From: the human T2T-CHM13v2.0 reference genome, Homo sapiens
Direction: 5' to 3'
Assembly (NCBI GenBank): GCA_009914755.4
Contig: CP068257.2
Location: forward strand, 33,920,001 to 33,984,000
DNA: 64,000 bases
The notes beneath the pieces are model-generated. The model saw only the letters and a list, made by a program, of their open reading frames with translations, was not told the DNA's origin and made no database searches. The position numbers and the translations under genes were made by a program. This document shows positions 42,136 to 53,856 of this stretch, one piece after another (position 1 is the stretch's first letter; every line of letters starts with the position of its first letter).

Positions 42136-42647
42136 CACTGGCCCCAAAGTCATCGAATCTACAATTTTGACCTTTAGGCTATGTGCCCACAGAACTGGAC
42201 GACACTGCTGAATTCATGTAACCCTAAGCGCTGTGAAACGCTCCATCACTGTGCTATTTGACAGCAAGGATGGCGCCACTTCTGAGATAACTCATGCCGC
42301 AGAGCTCAACAACATACCCCTTGTTCAAAGTAGAGATGATGGGCGTTGAAAGGGCCATGACACAGAGGTCTTTTGTGTGATCAGACTTACTCTGTGTGGG
42401 GTAATAGGAGTGTCGTCTGAAGAGTGGTTTGGCTGGATAAGACCACGAAAAAAAAAAAGTACCAAACAATCAAAAAGCTTAATCATGGATTATCAAGAAG
42501 ACCATTTTCCCACCCACATTTGATTCTGAATTCAATCAAACCCTTAATGACTCATATGAGGATTTCAGGGTGTTCTATCAAAAATCTGCTGAAATAGACC
42601 CAAAACACAGCAAAATATTAAGGTGAAATATTATCAGTACCAGAAAA

Positions 42648-42830
42648 AGTATCTCCAATACTTTTTCTCAGTTTTCAGTTTCTTATGATTATGATGATGA
42701 TTCATTTCTGCTGATTCAACTTGAACCATATTCATATCAGATGCTCTTATGCACACAGTTAACAAATCTAAGAGTGATCATGAAACAAAACGGAATTCAG
42801 AAAGCAGGAAAGTATCTCCAGTACTTTTTC
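42648..42830 (+). repeat. copy 2 of the ~120-bp duplication (42672-42798), flanked by a 23-25-bp hairpin-forming direct repeat (42648-42670 and 42806-42830)
   Basis: gttttcagtttcttatgattatgatgatgattcatttctgctgattcaacttgaaccatattcatatcagatgctcttatgcacacagttaacaaatctaagagtgatcatgaaacaaaacgga is about 85-90% identical to copy 1. The flanks gaaaaagtatctccaatactttttctc and ggaaagtatctccagtactttttctc each contain a 9-10-bp inverted repeat (gaaaaagtat...atactttttc). Confidence 0.8.
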
Positions 42831-45800
42831 TCTTATAAAGAACATACCATTTGTTGGGTAAGCTACTGATGCTAGATGCAGCCCACTATGGAAGCAGGAA
42901 AAGAATCTACTTAGTCACTGAATCAACACTTACCATGTGCCTGGCATGGTGCAAGGCTCATGCAGCAGAATTTATTTCTTCATGCTTTTATTTTGTTTCC
43001 ATCTTTAATAGTGATCAGAGCTATGAAGAAGATCTTGGAGGGTAATGAAACAGAATCACAGAAGGGAATTTTGTTTCATTCAGAACTGGGAACAGCCTAT
43101 TTGAGGGAGGGCAGTCACGTGAGATTTAAAAGATAGTGTTTGAGCTCCTGTGACTCCCAGTGTCTTTTAACTTTGTATTTTTACTGAGACCCACAAAAGA
43201 AATTCATAGGTGACTGCTGGTCCTGGATTTTTAGGGACAACCAAGATTGACATGTGATTAATTTTCTGAAGACAACTAGATTCTGGCCATGACAAGGGGC
43301 TTCTGGGATGAAAAGCTAGGACCACAGAGGGCCAGGGGGGGAAGTGGGAATGAGACCAAAAACACCAATAGAACCAAGAATCAGTGAGGACAGAGCAAGG
43401 GAGAAAGGAGGGTCAGAGAGCAGGCAACATGGCCTCCAAGAAGTTCAGGTGCAGAATGAAGGACATCGGGGGAATATCTGTCCATTAACCTGCCTGGAGC
43501 CCTCTTCGTATTCTCCTAGACACCCGAAACTATTCTGCAGCGTTTTTCTTTGCTGATTTAGACGTTACAAAAAATGTAGTTTCACTGCTGATTTTTCTCC
43601 AGACCATTTGTGCATTCTTGCTCTGAACACCCCAATCCATAATCATTGTCAGCTGAGACCAAACTAGCTGCTAAACTACTTACCAATGTATTCAGTCTCC
43701 ACGGCATCGATCCCAGCAGAAATGCAAATCAGCTTTTCCAGGGCGAACCTCCCTCCTGAAGAAGTGAGTCTAGGCCAGCAACTGCCGCCTGGAGGAATCC
43801 TGAAGTGCCCCCCAGATGTGTAGGGTCTTGGTTGTCACACAGTGCATTTGACACATCACAGTCAGGGGTCCGTAATCTGCTGCCTCCAGCAGTAAGATAA
43901 TGATGTTGTAGTTTCTCTTCTCTTCCTCTTGCCCACTAGAATTTACTTGGATCCTAGCGAATAAAGATGGGAGAAGGGATATCAGTCCTGCCCATCACCT
44001 GCTAGCATCTACCACCATTTTGGGATAGCTGGGCTCTACAGCTGTGTAGACGACAAGGTGCATACCAGTGCCACATAAGCCATGTTTCAGGACCAACCAA
44101 TGGTCAGGGCACACAGTGTAAAGTGAGAGAGAGGAACCAAGGCTGGAGGGCTCAGGGCACATGCCCCAAAACTACAGACACTAAAGGGATTGGAGCCCTG
44201 TTAAATAAAGTGAACCCTCTTTTCCACAATTTATTTCTCTATCAGCCTTGGCAATTGTCCCCACGACAAGAAGGAGCCTAGCTGGGGCCACTCTGCAAAT
44301 TCATGAGGCAGGGGAGACATCCAAGCTGGGCATATGCATGATTATTACAGGAAGAGGAAAACATCTGAGCTATTTAGCATCTCACAGTTCAAATGGGGCG
44401 ATTGCTGAGACACTGGTGTGGAAGAGACAAATGGGGTGGGGAAATTTTTCTAATCTTAATAAAATCTTTTTGCTTTTTCCAGTAAGTAAAGGAGTGAGTG
44501 ATGACGTGTCTGACCCTTCTTTAATATCATCAACTGGAGCGAGAAAGACCTGAAAGAAAATATTTAGAAAAAGAGTGTTCATATTATGCCTTGCCTGTGC
44601 TATGCCTTAATAAATTCTCTCATTAGCAATAAGCCAATTCTATATAAACAATGTTTTCTCAGCAGGCAACAGCAAGTTCATAAGTACTCTTAACACTCAT
44701 TAAAGCTCACATGCTTCAAGAACATGCTTAGAAATATTGTGGGTTTCCTGGCTCTCGGCACATATTTCAATGGGGAATAAATGGGTGCATGGAATACAGT
44801 GAAGAGCAAGTTCCTTCAACAAGTTCTGTCTTTTCTTGCCACTGCTCAGTAACAAAGGAAGCAGTGAGCAAAACAATTATTTGGGCTTTAAATGGAAACA
44901 GGAAAAGACCAGACATCTAAAATTGGAGAAAATGTACATGTCAGAGGCTAATTCAGAATTTTTTAAATGACTTTTTTTGTTATTCTGGGAAGATGTTTTA
45001 AGTTTTTATTGTAAACAAATGTCACTTTTGAGGCAGATGGAAAAGTAATCTAAATTTAGAAAATGTGTCATTATTAATTGACCTTAGTTATCAGAGAAAG
45101 TTTTTTTCAAAGATCTGCTAACTTCAACTCCAAACTGGACACAACTGCCTCCTGTAACTTACTTCCTTTAACGCCTCAATCAACTACAGTAACTCGCATT
45201 TGAGATTGATTTTATTTGCCTTTAACCAAAACTTGTTAGAAACAGCCTGCACAATTATTTCTCTTTCCTCATCCTATTTCTTTTTGGTACTTCTGTGGGG
45301 AAATGTGACCAGTGTTTGCAAAACAACACAAGAAACACCTCTCAATTGTTTTCTGGCATTATTAACTTGTTATTGTTACCAGCAACTCTGCATCTCCACA
45401 ACTATCAATAGTTTATTGCTTGTTTCTTTACTTAGATTCATTGACATTAATAGGGTGAAATGTAATGACTTACGGTCAGCATTTTGGAATAATAAAAATG
45501 ATTAATTTGGAAGTTCTTTGCAATATTCTATACAGTTCAAAAGCCAACATCTAAAAATGTATACTGCATGGAGAGAAATAACAATTTAGTTTCAATTATA
45601 AATTAAATACATGTAAACTCCTTAAATCATTCTTATAATTGGCAACTATAAATCAGTTACCAGGATCTTTCAAGAATATTTAAAGCCATATAGTATAGAA
45701 ATGTTTTCTATTGATTAAAAATAGATGTAGATAGAGATTCCATACTAGATGCTTACTCACATCTTCATTTACCTACTTTTTCTTTCTCTTATGAAGCAAA

Positions 45801-46949
45801 ACTGTTTTTACAAAATAGGATTGTTACTCCCAGGCTCCCCTAATGACTCATTATGATCAAAATGACAAACTTAGTAGCTTTAACTTTAATTGGTTTGGTA
45901 CAATCAATGCTTTAAGTTGGTAAGTAGATTCACTTCTCCATATATTTCACATGTTAAAAGGTTACTTTTATTTTTAATAAAAATAAAATAATTGTCAGTT
46001 TTAATAAAATTACTTCCTTTTTCCTTTTCAACTTCTGCTTTCCTTCTTTCATTTGATGTTATGTACACTTCCAGTGTTGCCAACACTTTACAGTTTCAAC
46101 GCCTTACTGTGAACATGCTTATTTTTAATTTGAAGCAAATTGAAACACATTTTAAGAGTTGAAAGTTCACATCCTCCTTTCAAAAAAACTCAGTGCACTT
46201 CAGTGTGTCACAAACTCAGAGCTGATTACCACTGAGTTAGAGGTCAAATTATTTGTATCCAAATTAGGATTTCTCATCTTTCTTTCTAAAAATTGTCTGT
46301 ATTCTCAAGTTTTTAATAGGAAAAAAAATCTTATTTTTATGATTCTGTTTCTGACAATAATTTTTGAGACAAAGGGATACTTTGGCTCAAAAATTATTTT
46401 AAGAATAAGAAAATCAAGCTCTAGTACACATAATTCCTCATGTGGCAAACAAGAAAAATATAATACTGAATTAACCAACAATTAACTCATTAACAATCTT
46501 CCTTTGTTCAGTGTCTGCTATGTTGTTATTAGAAATCCAGAAAAGCAAGTCTATTGAATAGAATTTTTAAGAAAAAAAGTTAAGTTTTATATTCTACTCT
46601 GAGATGTTCTGGCTGTACTGTCACCTGTCCTAACTGAAACAAGGGTATTTAACATCACTTTTAATATAAATACATTTCATTGACATTTAAGTTATTATCA
46701 AGCCGCTGAAGGGCCTAAGAGTTGATATTCCTTTACTTCAAAAGAGAACATTCCCAGTGACGATGTACCCAGCAACCACATTCATGTGGTTTTGATTTTT
46801 ACTCCTTCTTGTCTTTATAATTTTTACTTTGATTTCTTTCATATGGACACAGAATGACTTAGCAGTGTGACTTTTTTTCTAATTCATTCAATCGGCCATT
46901 CTAAATCTCTCGTTAAGCATCTGATATATAGTCATGTAGTTTATTTAAG

Positions 46950-47180
46950 TAACTAGGCAGTAGCGCAGGACACAGACTGAAATTAATCCCAGCTGCGTCG
47001 CTACTTAGCTGAGTGACCTTGACTTTGACCTTGCTTAACCTCAATTACCTCACCTGAAAATGGGGACAATAATGATGATTATATAGGATTATTCAGAAGG
47101 TGACATGAGATAAACATAATTAAAGCACATTGCCCTGTGCCTAGCGTATTGTAAACTCTCAAGAAATAGTAGCCACTATG
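46950..47180 (+). repeat. MIR (SINE) element
   Basis: ...gctgagtgaccttgactttgaccttgcttaacctcaattacctcacctgaaaatggggacaataatgatgattatataggattattcagaaggtgacatgagataaacataattaaagcacattgccctgtgcctagcgtattgtaaactctcaagaaatagtagcc matches the MIR consensus (GGCAAGTCACTTAACCTCTCTGAGCCTCAGTTTCCTCATCTGTAAAATGGGGATAATAATA...AGCACTTAGCACAGTGCCTGGCACATAGTAAGCGCTCAATAAATG). Confidence 0.65.
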
Positions 47181-48899
47181 AAAGATAAAAGTGAGTTACT
47201 AAAAAGCTATAAAATTATATGAATTTAATTGTAGAACTTACAAGAAAGTCATTCATTATGTAAAAGAAATCTTAGAATGGAAAAAGGAGCCTCAAATATT
47301 AACATGAGTTAAGACAATAGGGACTGTTTCAATATGGCCAGAGTAATACTGACATGGAGCCAGTATACTGATATTTATGACATTAAGCCCTTTTTGTCCC
47401 ACCAGAATTCTGGGCAGCTCTCTGGGATTGAAATACCTTCTGGGACTTACTAAATGAGCTAATAGGCCCCACAGTCAAGTTACCTTTGAATCCTTAGTTG
47501 TGAAAAACTTGGTGTTGGAGCTCCCAGACTGTATAGTTTAGTTATTGCCTCCCCTATTTTGCTGTAGTATTTTTTTCTGAGTTATTTGTGCTTTGTTACT
47601 TCCCAATCACATACAACTATGTTTATTGTACTCCTCCCAATGGATATGCCATGATACAGTATTTCTTTACTAACAAGCTTTACATCTTAAACACTTTTAA
47701 GGTACGAATTACCAAGGGAAAGAAGTACTTTCCACTCATTTGCCTTTTACCATTTAAGTTTTATTCTTAGCTATATATCAAGTAAGAGCATTTGGTACAT
47801 CCCAAGCCCCAGAACGGGTAATGAGTTCTTTTATTTATTTAAAATATTTGCTGCATTTGTTTCAATATCAAATAAATCATTAGTAATTTCTTTAGTGTTC
47901 AGTACATATTTAAACCAAGAAGAAAAAGAAAAACAAGTATGATCATATTGTGAGGTTTACATGATAAACAGTAAACTGAACTCTTGATTTACCGTAGAGG
48001 AGTGTTATACAGAAAGCATGATCATCCATCTCCATGCGTAAGTTTTTTGACCGTTCATAAGATTTGCCAAGCTTTCCTCACATGATTAAGGTAAGAGTCA
48101 AATTCTAATGTAAGAAATCATTTGTTTTCACCTCAACAATTTTATCTTGACTTTTATTTATGGCCATGTGAATGTCTTCCAGTCCCTACATCTCTCCTCA
48201 ATCAGATTAAAAAAGAAACAGAGAGAAAAAGAAAAAAAAAAATCCCTTTCATTGCATCCCCACAAAGTAACTCATGAAGTTCATCATCTGTGAAGGACAG
48301 AAAAGGCAAATTAACAGTCAGAATGAAAAGGGAACAGGCAGCATCTTGACGTCTCACAGAAGTAGTTTTGGATGTGCTTCCTTTCGTGGTTCCCAGGCCC
48401 AAGTGAAGGTTCCCAAGCACCTTCTTAAGCAAGTTTCATGTTGGCAAAGTTTGTTACGAGTCATGTTTATTATGTCAGTCGATGTTTTTAAGCCTAAACG
48501 AAATTAATAGCATCATGCATGGCTTACAATAAACCCTAATGAAACGTTCAGAACTGTTTAAAAAGCTGTAGCAGGTTTTTAAGGAAATTGGTTGCCTGTA
48601 TTTATTCTTTGAATTAAGTGTTAAAGGAAAACAGAATAATAATATATAAAACCCGGGTTTCCTGTAACAACAATAATTATGATAACTAACATCTGTATAT
48701 GGCTTTACAGTTTGCAAAGTGCTTTCTCATACATTACCTCATTTAGCAGAGTGGAAATGTTTAATGATCCCAGTTCCAAACTGCCTTTCATTAATAGTAT
48801 ATATATTATATTAATAAGCACATTTAGAAGAAACTATCTTCATAAGCACTCTGCTAAGTGTGAACAAAGGCTGATAAGGAGATGCTGAAATCCGATATC

Positions 48900-49640
48900 A
48901 ACCCCATAAATCAAATAAACATCGAATAAAATCTGTCAAACACTTCATAACATTGTGTGCGTGTCATCAAACTCAAGGCAAATCCTGCTGTGTCACCTCG
49001 AAATGATGAAGAGAACTAAGGTGTGAGAGCATGCTGTTAGAAGTTTCATTAAAGCCTTATTTACTAGTTCAGAATGAATTTACATTGATCTTTTAAACTA
49101 TTGCTAACCACAAGTGCATTAAACCTAAACAGTCTTCATTTACTGAGAAATAAATGTGTCAGCAGAACCATGACTTTTGTCCAATGTTGTTCCGGCATTT
49201 AAGGCATTTAATTCACAAAGGCTCAGTGTTAAGCTTTTTATTGCTTGTTGTGCTAAAGCATGTTCGTTTAATTGCAAATATATTTCCTTCCTGCATCATT
49301 ATCAAAATTGTTATCTTAAGGAAATATTGTTTTTAAATAATCTGCTGGAAAACCAGTGTGGTACGTGGGCTTATTCAGAATAATTGTTTCCTGCTACAGA
49401 TGGGTTAGCAATTAAGCGGTAACATTGCTTAAACAATTTTAAAAGGAGGTGAGGATAAAAGGAGTCGGATTGTGCTGATCTGAGTTGTAAGAAGCTCTGG
49501 CATTTTTGTGGAGTCAACATGCACTCGTGGCTGATTTAATCAATACCTCACTGTTTACATTTTTAAAGAACTTTGTTACTGGTTCCAGGGCCTGATCTAA
49601 TAAATAAGCAATTGCAATGTATTGTATAATTTTGTGAGAT
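48900..49640. promoter_or_regulatory. candidate conserved non-coding element / developmental-enhancer-like block (homeodomain TAAT/ATTA motif cluster with retained CpGs)
   Basis: Motifs such as ggcatttaattcacaaagg, tcgtttaattgcaaatatatttcc, gttagcaattaagcggtaacattgcttaaacaatt, gctgatttaatcaatacc and ctaataaataagcaattgcaatg are present. At least 9 CpGs occur in about 700 bp (catcgaat, gcgtgtc, cctcgaaatg, ttccggcatt, gttcgttt, gtacgtggg, aagcggtaac, gagtcggatt, cactcgtggc), although the surrounding sequence is AT-rich and otherwise CpG-depleted. Confidence 0.3.
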
Positions 49641-51373
49641 GTGAATTATGTCAAAAGTCACCTTAGTCTTTCTGTCTTTGAAATGGAGACAAATGTCTTG
49701 AATTTGACTTTGACCTTGACCTTTTCCTATATTAACTTAGGAAAAAGACTTGAATTCAGGCTTCAGATTTTTAAAATCCCAGTAACACTATTATGAGGAC
49801 ACCCATGCTAAAGACAGAAAATTAGGGACATTATTTTAAATAAGAAAAGAAACAGCAATACCTGACTTCAGATACTCCAGGGATTACATGCATTTCTTAA
49901 AATTGTTTTTCGGTAGCTAAATACAACAGACATGAGGTTTCCATTTCAGTGGGTGAAAAACTATTGACAGTACTCCCACTAAACCCACACTAAATAAGCT
50001 GCTTCATGTTGTCCATTACATGGGACTTTAAAAAATGCTCACTAAAAGATAAATCCTTTGCCTAATTGTATTTAAATTCAAGAAAAGAGCAACTCTTTAC
50101 TGAGGAGATGAGCATAAAGGCACTTTTACGAGTATTCATTATTCCTGGAGCTACTTACATTGATAACTAGAAAGCAAACCACAACAAGCCAAGCTTCCAA
50201 TGGGAAGCAACCAAGGTAACCCACATTTCAATATCACTGTCCAGCTAAAAAAAATCCCAGAAACTGACTAGATATTGTTCTATGTCAAAAGAAGTGAGGA
50301 CTCCTTCTTGTCTCTATTATGACATGGAATTGTGTCTCAGTTTATTTCAGGGGAGAAATAATTTAAAAATGAATAGCAGTGTGAGACTCAAAATGGGTGG
50401 GCCCCTGCAGGAGACCAGTGAGCAATTAGCCACATCCTGCATGGCCAGACTGAGTGACATGGACAACACAAGGGGACAAGTGAGAGACAGAGACAGGTAA
50501 CCACTCCCTGCCTTCATCCACCAGTCTGTGCTCTCAGGGAAATGCCCTCTCTGCCATGGGGATCGGGGTGCTGGCAAGGGGAAGCATGGCATTCCGAAGG
50601 TACAGATGGGACCCACCCCAAACTTCAATGATGCATCTTAAACCTGGACTGCCGTGCAGCCAGGAGGGCATCCGACTTGTCTAGGGCATTTTCTCTTCTT
50701 TCCCTGCAGAGTTAATGGGGCCAGGGGGGTCCAGCAATGGGATGGAAATGGATAGCAGCCATTAAATAGGTACAAGAAAGGGATGTCCGTGTTGGGAAGT
50801 CGGCTGCCTCTCTGAATCCTTTCTCTCAAAGAATGACGGTGTTACCTTGACACGATATGGACATCCTCCCAAGGCTTTGCACGCATGAATCTTTTAACAC
50901 GTTCTTCTCTCGCCGCAACCTTTTCCCGTTGTCACCCTCCTCCTCTCACAGGTCCCTCATCGTTATAAGTATTGCAATTCTGGAGCACTTGTGTGCCCTT
51001 CCAGCGGCTTCGGGGCTCCTCTCTCTTCCCTTACCTTCACACACCTCCCACCACTTTCTTTTTGAGCAAACACTACCTGTGGTTTTCTAGCAGTTTCCAC
51101 CATCCATTTAGGTACTCCAAAGTGTTGGGTTATTGTTTTAAATGCCTTCTTGAAATCAAGACCAAATTCCTTTCTGAGGTCAAAGCTCAGCTTTATTCTT
51201 GGCCACAGTGACCTAATACTCAGCAATCTTCTGCCCTCCATAAAAGCAAATGGCATGCACTAAATTGTGCTGCATGGTAGTAACCCTTCGCTGCTCCAGA
51301 ACTGCAGAAATGCTCAGCTGGGTTTACCTTCTTTTGGTCTGTTCTTACCTTAGCTTTTATAAGACACCAAGTA

Positions 51374-52025
51374 CAGTCACCCCTCAGTATCCATATGGGA
51401 TTGGTTCCAGGACCCTGAGGATTATCTGCAAATGCTCAAATCCCTTATACAAAATGGCACAGTATTTGCATATAACCTACACACATCTTCTATGCAGTCA
51501 AGTGTTACTTAACAACTGGGATGCTTCTGAGGGATTTATCGTTAGTTGGTTTTGTCAATGGATGAACATCACACTGTACTTACACAAACCTAGATGGTAT
51601 AGCCTACCACACAACTAAGTTGGATGGTACAGCCTATTGCTCCTAAGCTACAAACCTGTACAGCATGCTACTGTACTGAATGCTGTAGGCAACTGTAGGA
51701 AAATGCTTAAGTATTTGGGCATCTAAGCATACCTAAACATAGATAAAGTACAGAAAAAATAAGATAACATAATCTTAAGGGACCACCTTTATACATGCAG
51801 TCAGTTGTTGATCAAAAAGTCATTATGGGGTACACGACTTCACTTTAAATCATCTCTAGATTACTTGTAATGCCTAATACAATGTAAATGCTATGTAAAT
51901 ACTTGTTATACTATATATTTAAATTTTTAATTATTTTTTACTACGTCATTTTTTCTAAATATTTTTGATCTTCAGTTGATTGAATCCATGGATACAGAAC
52001 CCACAAATATGGAAAGCTGACTGTA
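51374..52025 (+). mobile_element. Tigger-family (TcMar) DNA transposon, Tigger3/MER44-like, with terminal inverted repeats and TA target duplications
   Basis: - Left end: TA|cagtcacccctcagtatccatatgggattggttccaggaccctgaggattatctgcaaatgctcaaatcccttatacaaaatggcacagtatttgcatataacctacacacatc.
- Right end: ...tttaaatcatctctagattacttgtaatgcctaatacaatgtaaatgctatgtaaatacttgttatac...gttgattgaatccatggatacagaacccacaaatatggaaagctgactgta|TA.
- The ends CAGTCACCCC / GGGCTGACTGTA are mutually inverted. Confidence 0.55.
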
Positions 52026-52409
52026 TATGCACTTTTTTAAGTTTGCATTCCCTGAAAATTCAGACACATTGCTTCTTTATATCACCTTCTATCTAATTCT
52101 TCTTTTAAGAAAATCTTTGTTCAACTAAAATGTAGGGTCTCCTGGAGATGTTAGAGGGCAGAAAAATATCTGAGTACTTTCAAAAGTACAGTAAAGTTTC
52201 ATTAGAAAACCTAAAACATCGTATGCATTCTTTTTATGAAAGGCAATATCGATGCTGATGTTCAAGTTTCTGTCTTGATATCAACACAAAAGTCTTGGAC
52301 TCATAGCTGGCAGAATAAATCAGACTGGTAAATGTGTTTTATTTAGCATACGCAGCCTTATTTTTTTCAGTGGATTTTTGACTGCCACCCTTAAAAACCT
52401 GATGGCCTG

Positions 52410-52818
<409 letters not shown>

Positions 52819-53383
52819 TCAAATACAGAACCCATGCAACCCCTCAGGGTACTTTTCAATCCTTCATCAATCAACTTTTTAATAAATTAATACATTATTT
52901 GATGAACCAAAAAAATACATTTTTACTCATAAAGGGTTCTAATGTTCTAATTTTTCAATGTGCTTTTGTATACATTTTCTTAATTACCCCAACCATCTCC
53001 CAATCCAACGACTATACCTATTTGCTGTTTTTGATAGATGAGGAAACAGGGTTGGCTCCTTTGCAGACCTGGCATCTGACAGAAACCATGAGCATCCATC
53101 CAGGGCATTGAATGCTAACCTCATTCAAGCTTTCCAAGTCAAGGGCTGAAGAGCCATGAACCAACCCAACTGTTCACAAACAGTGCCCTTGTCCTGAAGA
53201 TTATGCCGTGTGGTTTAAGCACAAGAAACTACTAGCAGCAGCATCTTTAAATATTTACAAGCCTCTAATATATGTATGTGTTTATGTTTTGGTCAGTTTG
53301 TCTAATTGGTGGGAGCTTGGTTTTTATAAATTCAGGATGCCTTCAATGCATGGGCTTTTTATTCACATCAAGAATTAGATATA

Positions 53384-53493
53384 GTCCCAGGTACTTGAGG
53401 GCTAGGGCAGGAGAATAGCCTGAACCCAGGAGCATGAGACTGCAGTGAGCTATGATCGTGCCACTGTTTGACAAAGTGAGACTCCAACTCTCT
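53384..53493 (+). repeat. Alu right-arm fragment abutting an L1 3' end
   Basis: agtcccaggtacttgagggctagggcaggagaatagcctgaacccaggagcatgagactgcagtgagctatgatcgtgccactg...gtgagactccaactctc. Confidence 0.75.
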
Positions 53494-53497
53494 TAAG

Positions 53498-53856
53498 CAC
53501 ACATACACTGTGGAATACTATGCAGCCGTAAAAAAGGATGAGTTAATGTCCTTTGCAGGGACAAGGATGAAGCTGGAAACCATCATTCTTAGCAAACTAA
53601 CACAAGAACAGAAAATCAAACACCACATGTTCTCATTCATAAGTGGGAGTTGAACAATAAGAACACATGGACACAGGGAGGGGAACGTCACACACTGGGG
53701 CATGTTGGGGGGTGGGGGGCTAGGGGAGGGATAGCATTAGAAGAAATACCTAATGTAGATGACAAGTCGATAGGTGCAGCAAACCACCATGGCACGTGTA
53801 TACCTATGTAACAAACGTGCATGTTCTGCACATGTATCCCAGAACTTAAATAAAAA
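53498..53856 (+). mobile_element. L1 3'-terminal fragment (5'-truncated)
   Basis: cacatacactgtggaatactatgcagccgtaaaaaaggatgagttaatgtcctttgcagggacaaggatgaagctggaaaccatcattcttagcaaactaacacaagaacagaaaatcaaacaccacatgttctcattcataagtgggagttgaacaataagaacacatggacacagggagggg...catgtatcccagaacttaaataaaaat. Confidence 0.9.

Noticed and set aside
51250-51618. 122-aa + strand ORF
   Set aside because: It lies inside the Tigger-family DNA transposon (it begins in the terminal inverted repeat region, cagtcacccctcagtatccatatggg...). It is transposon-derived non-coding sequence.
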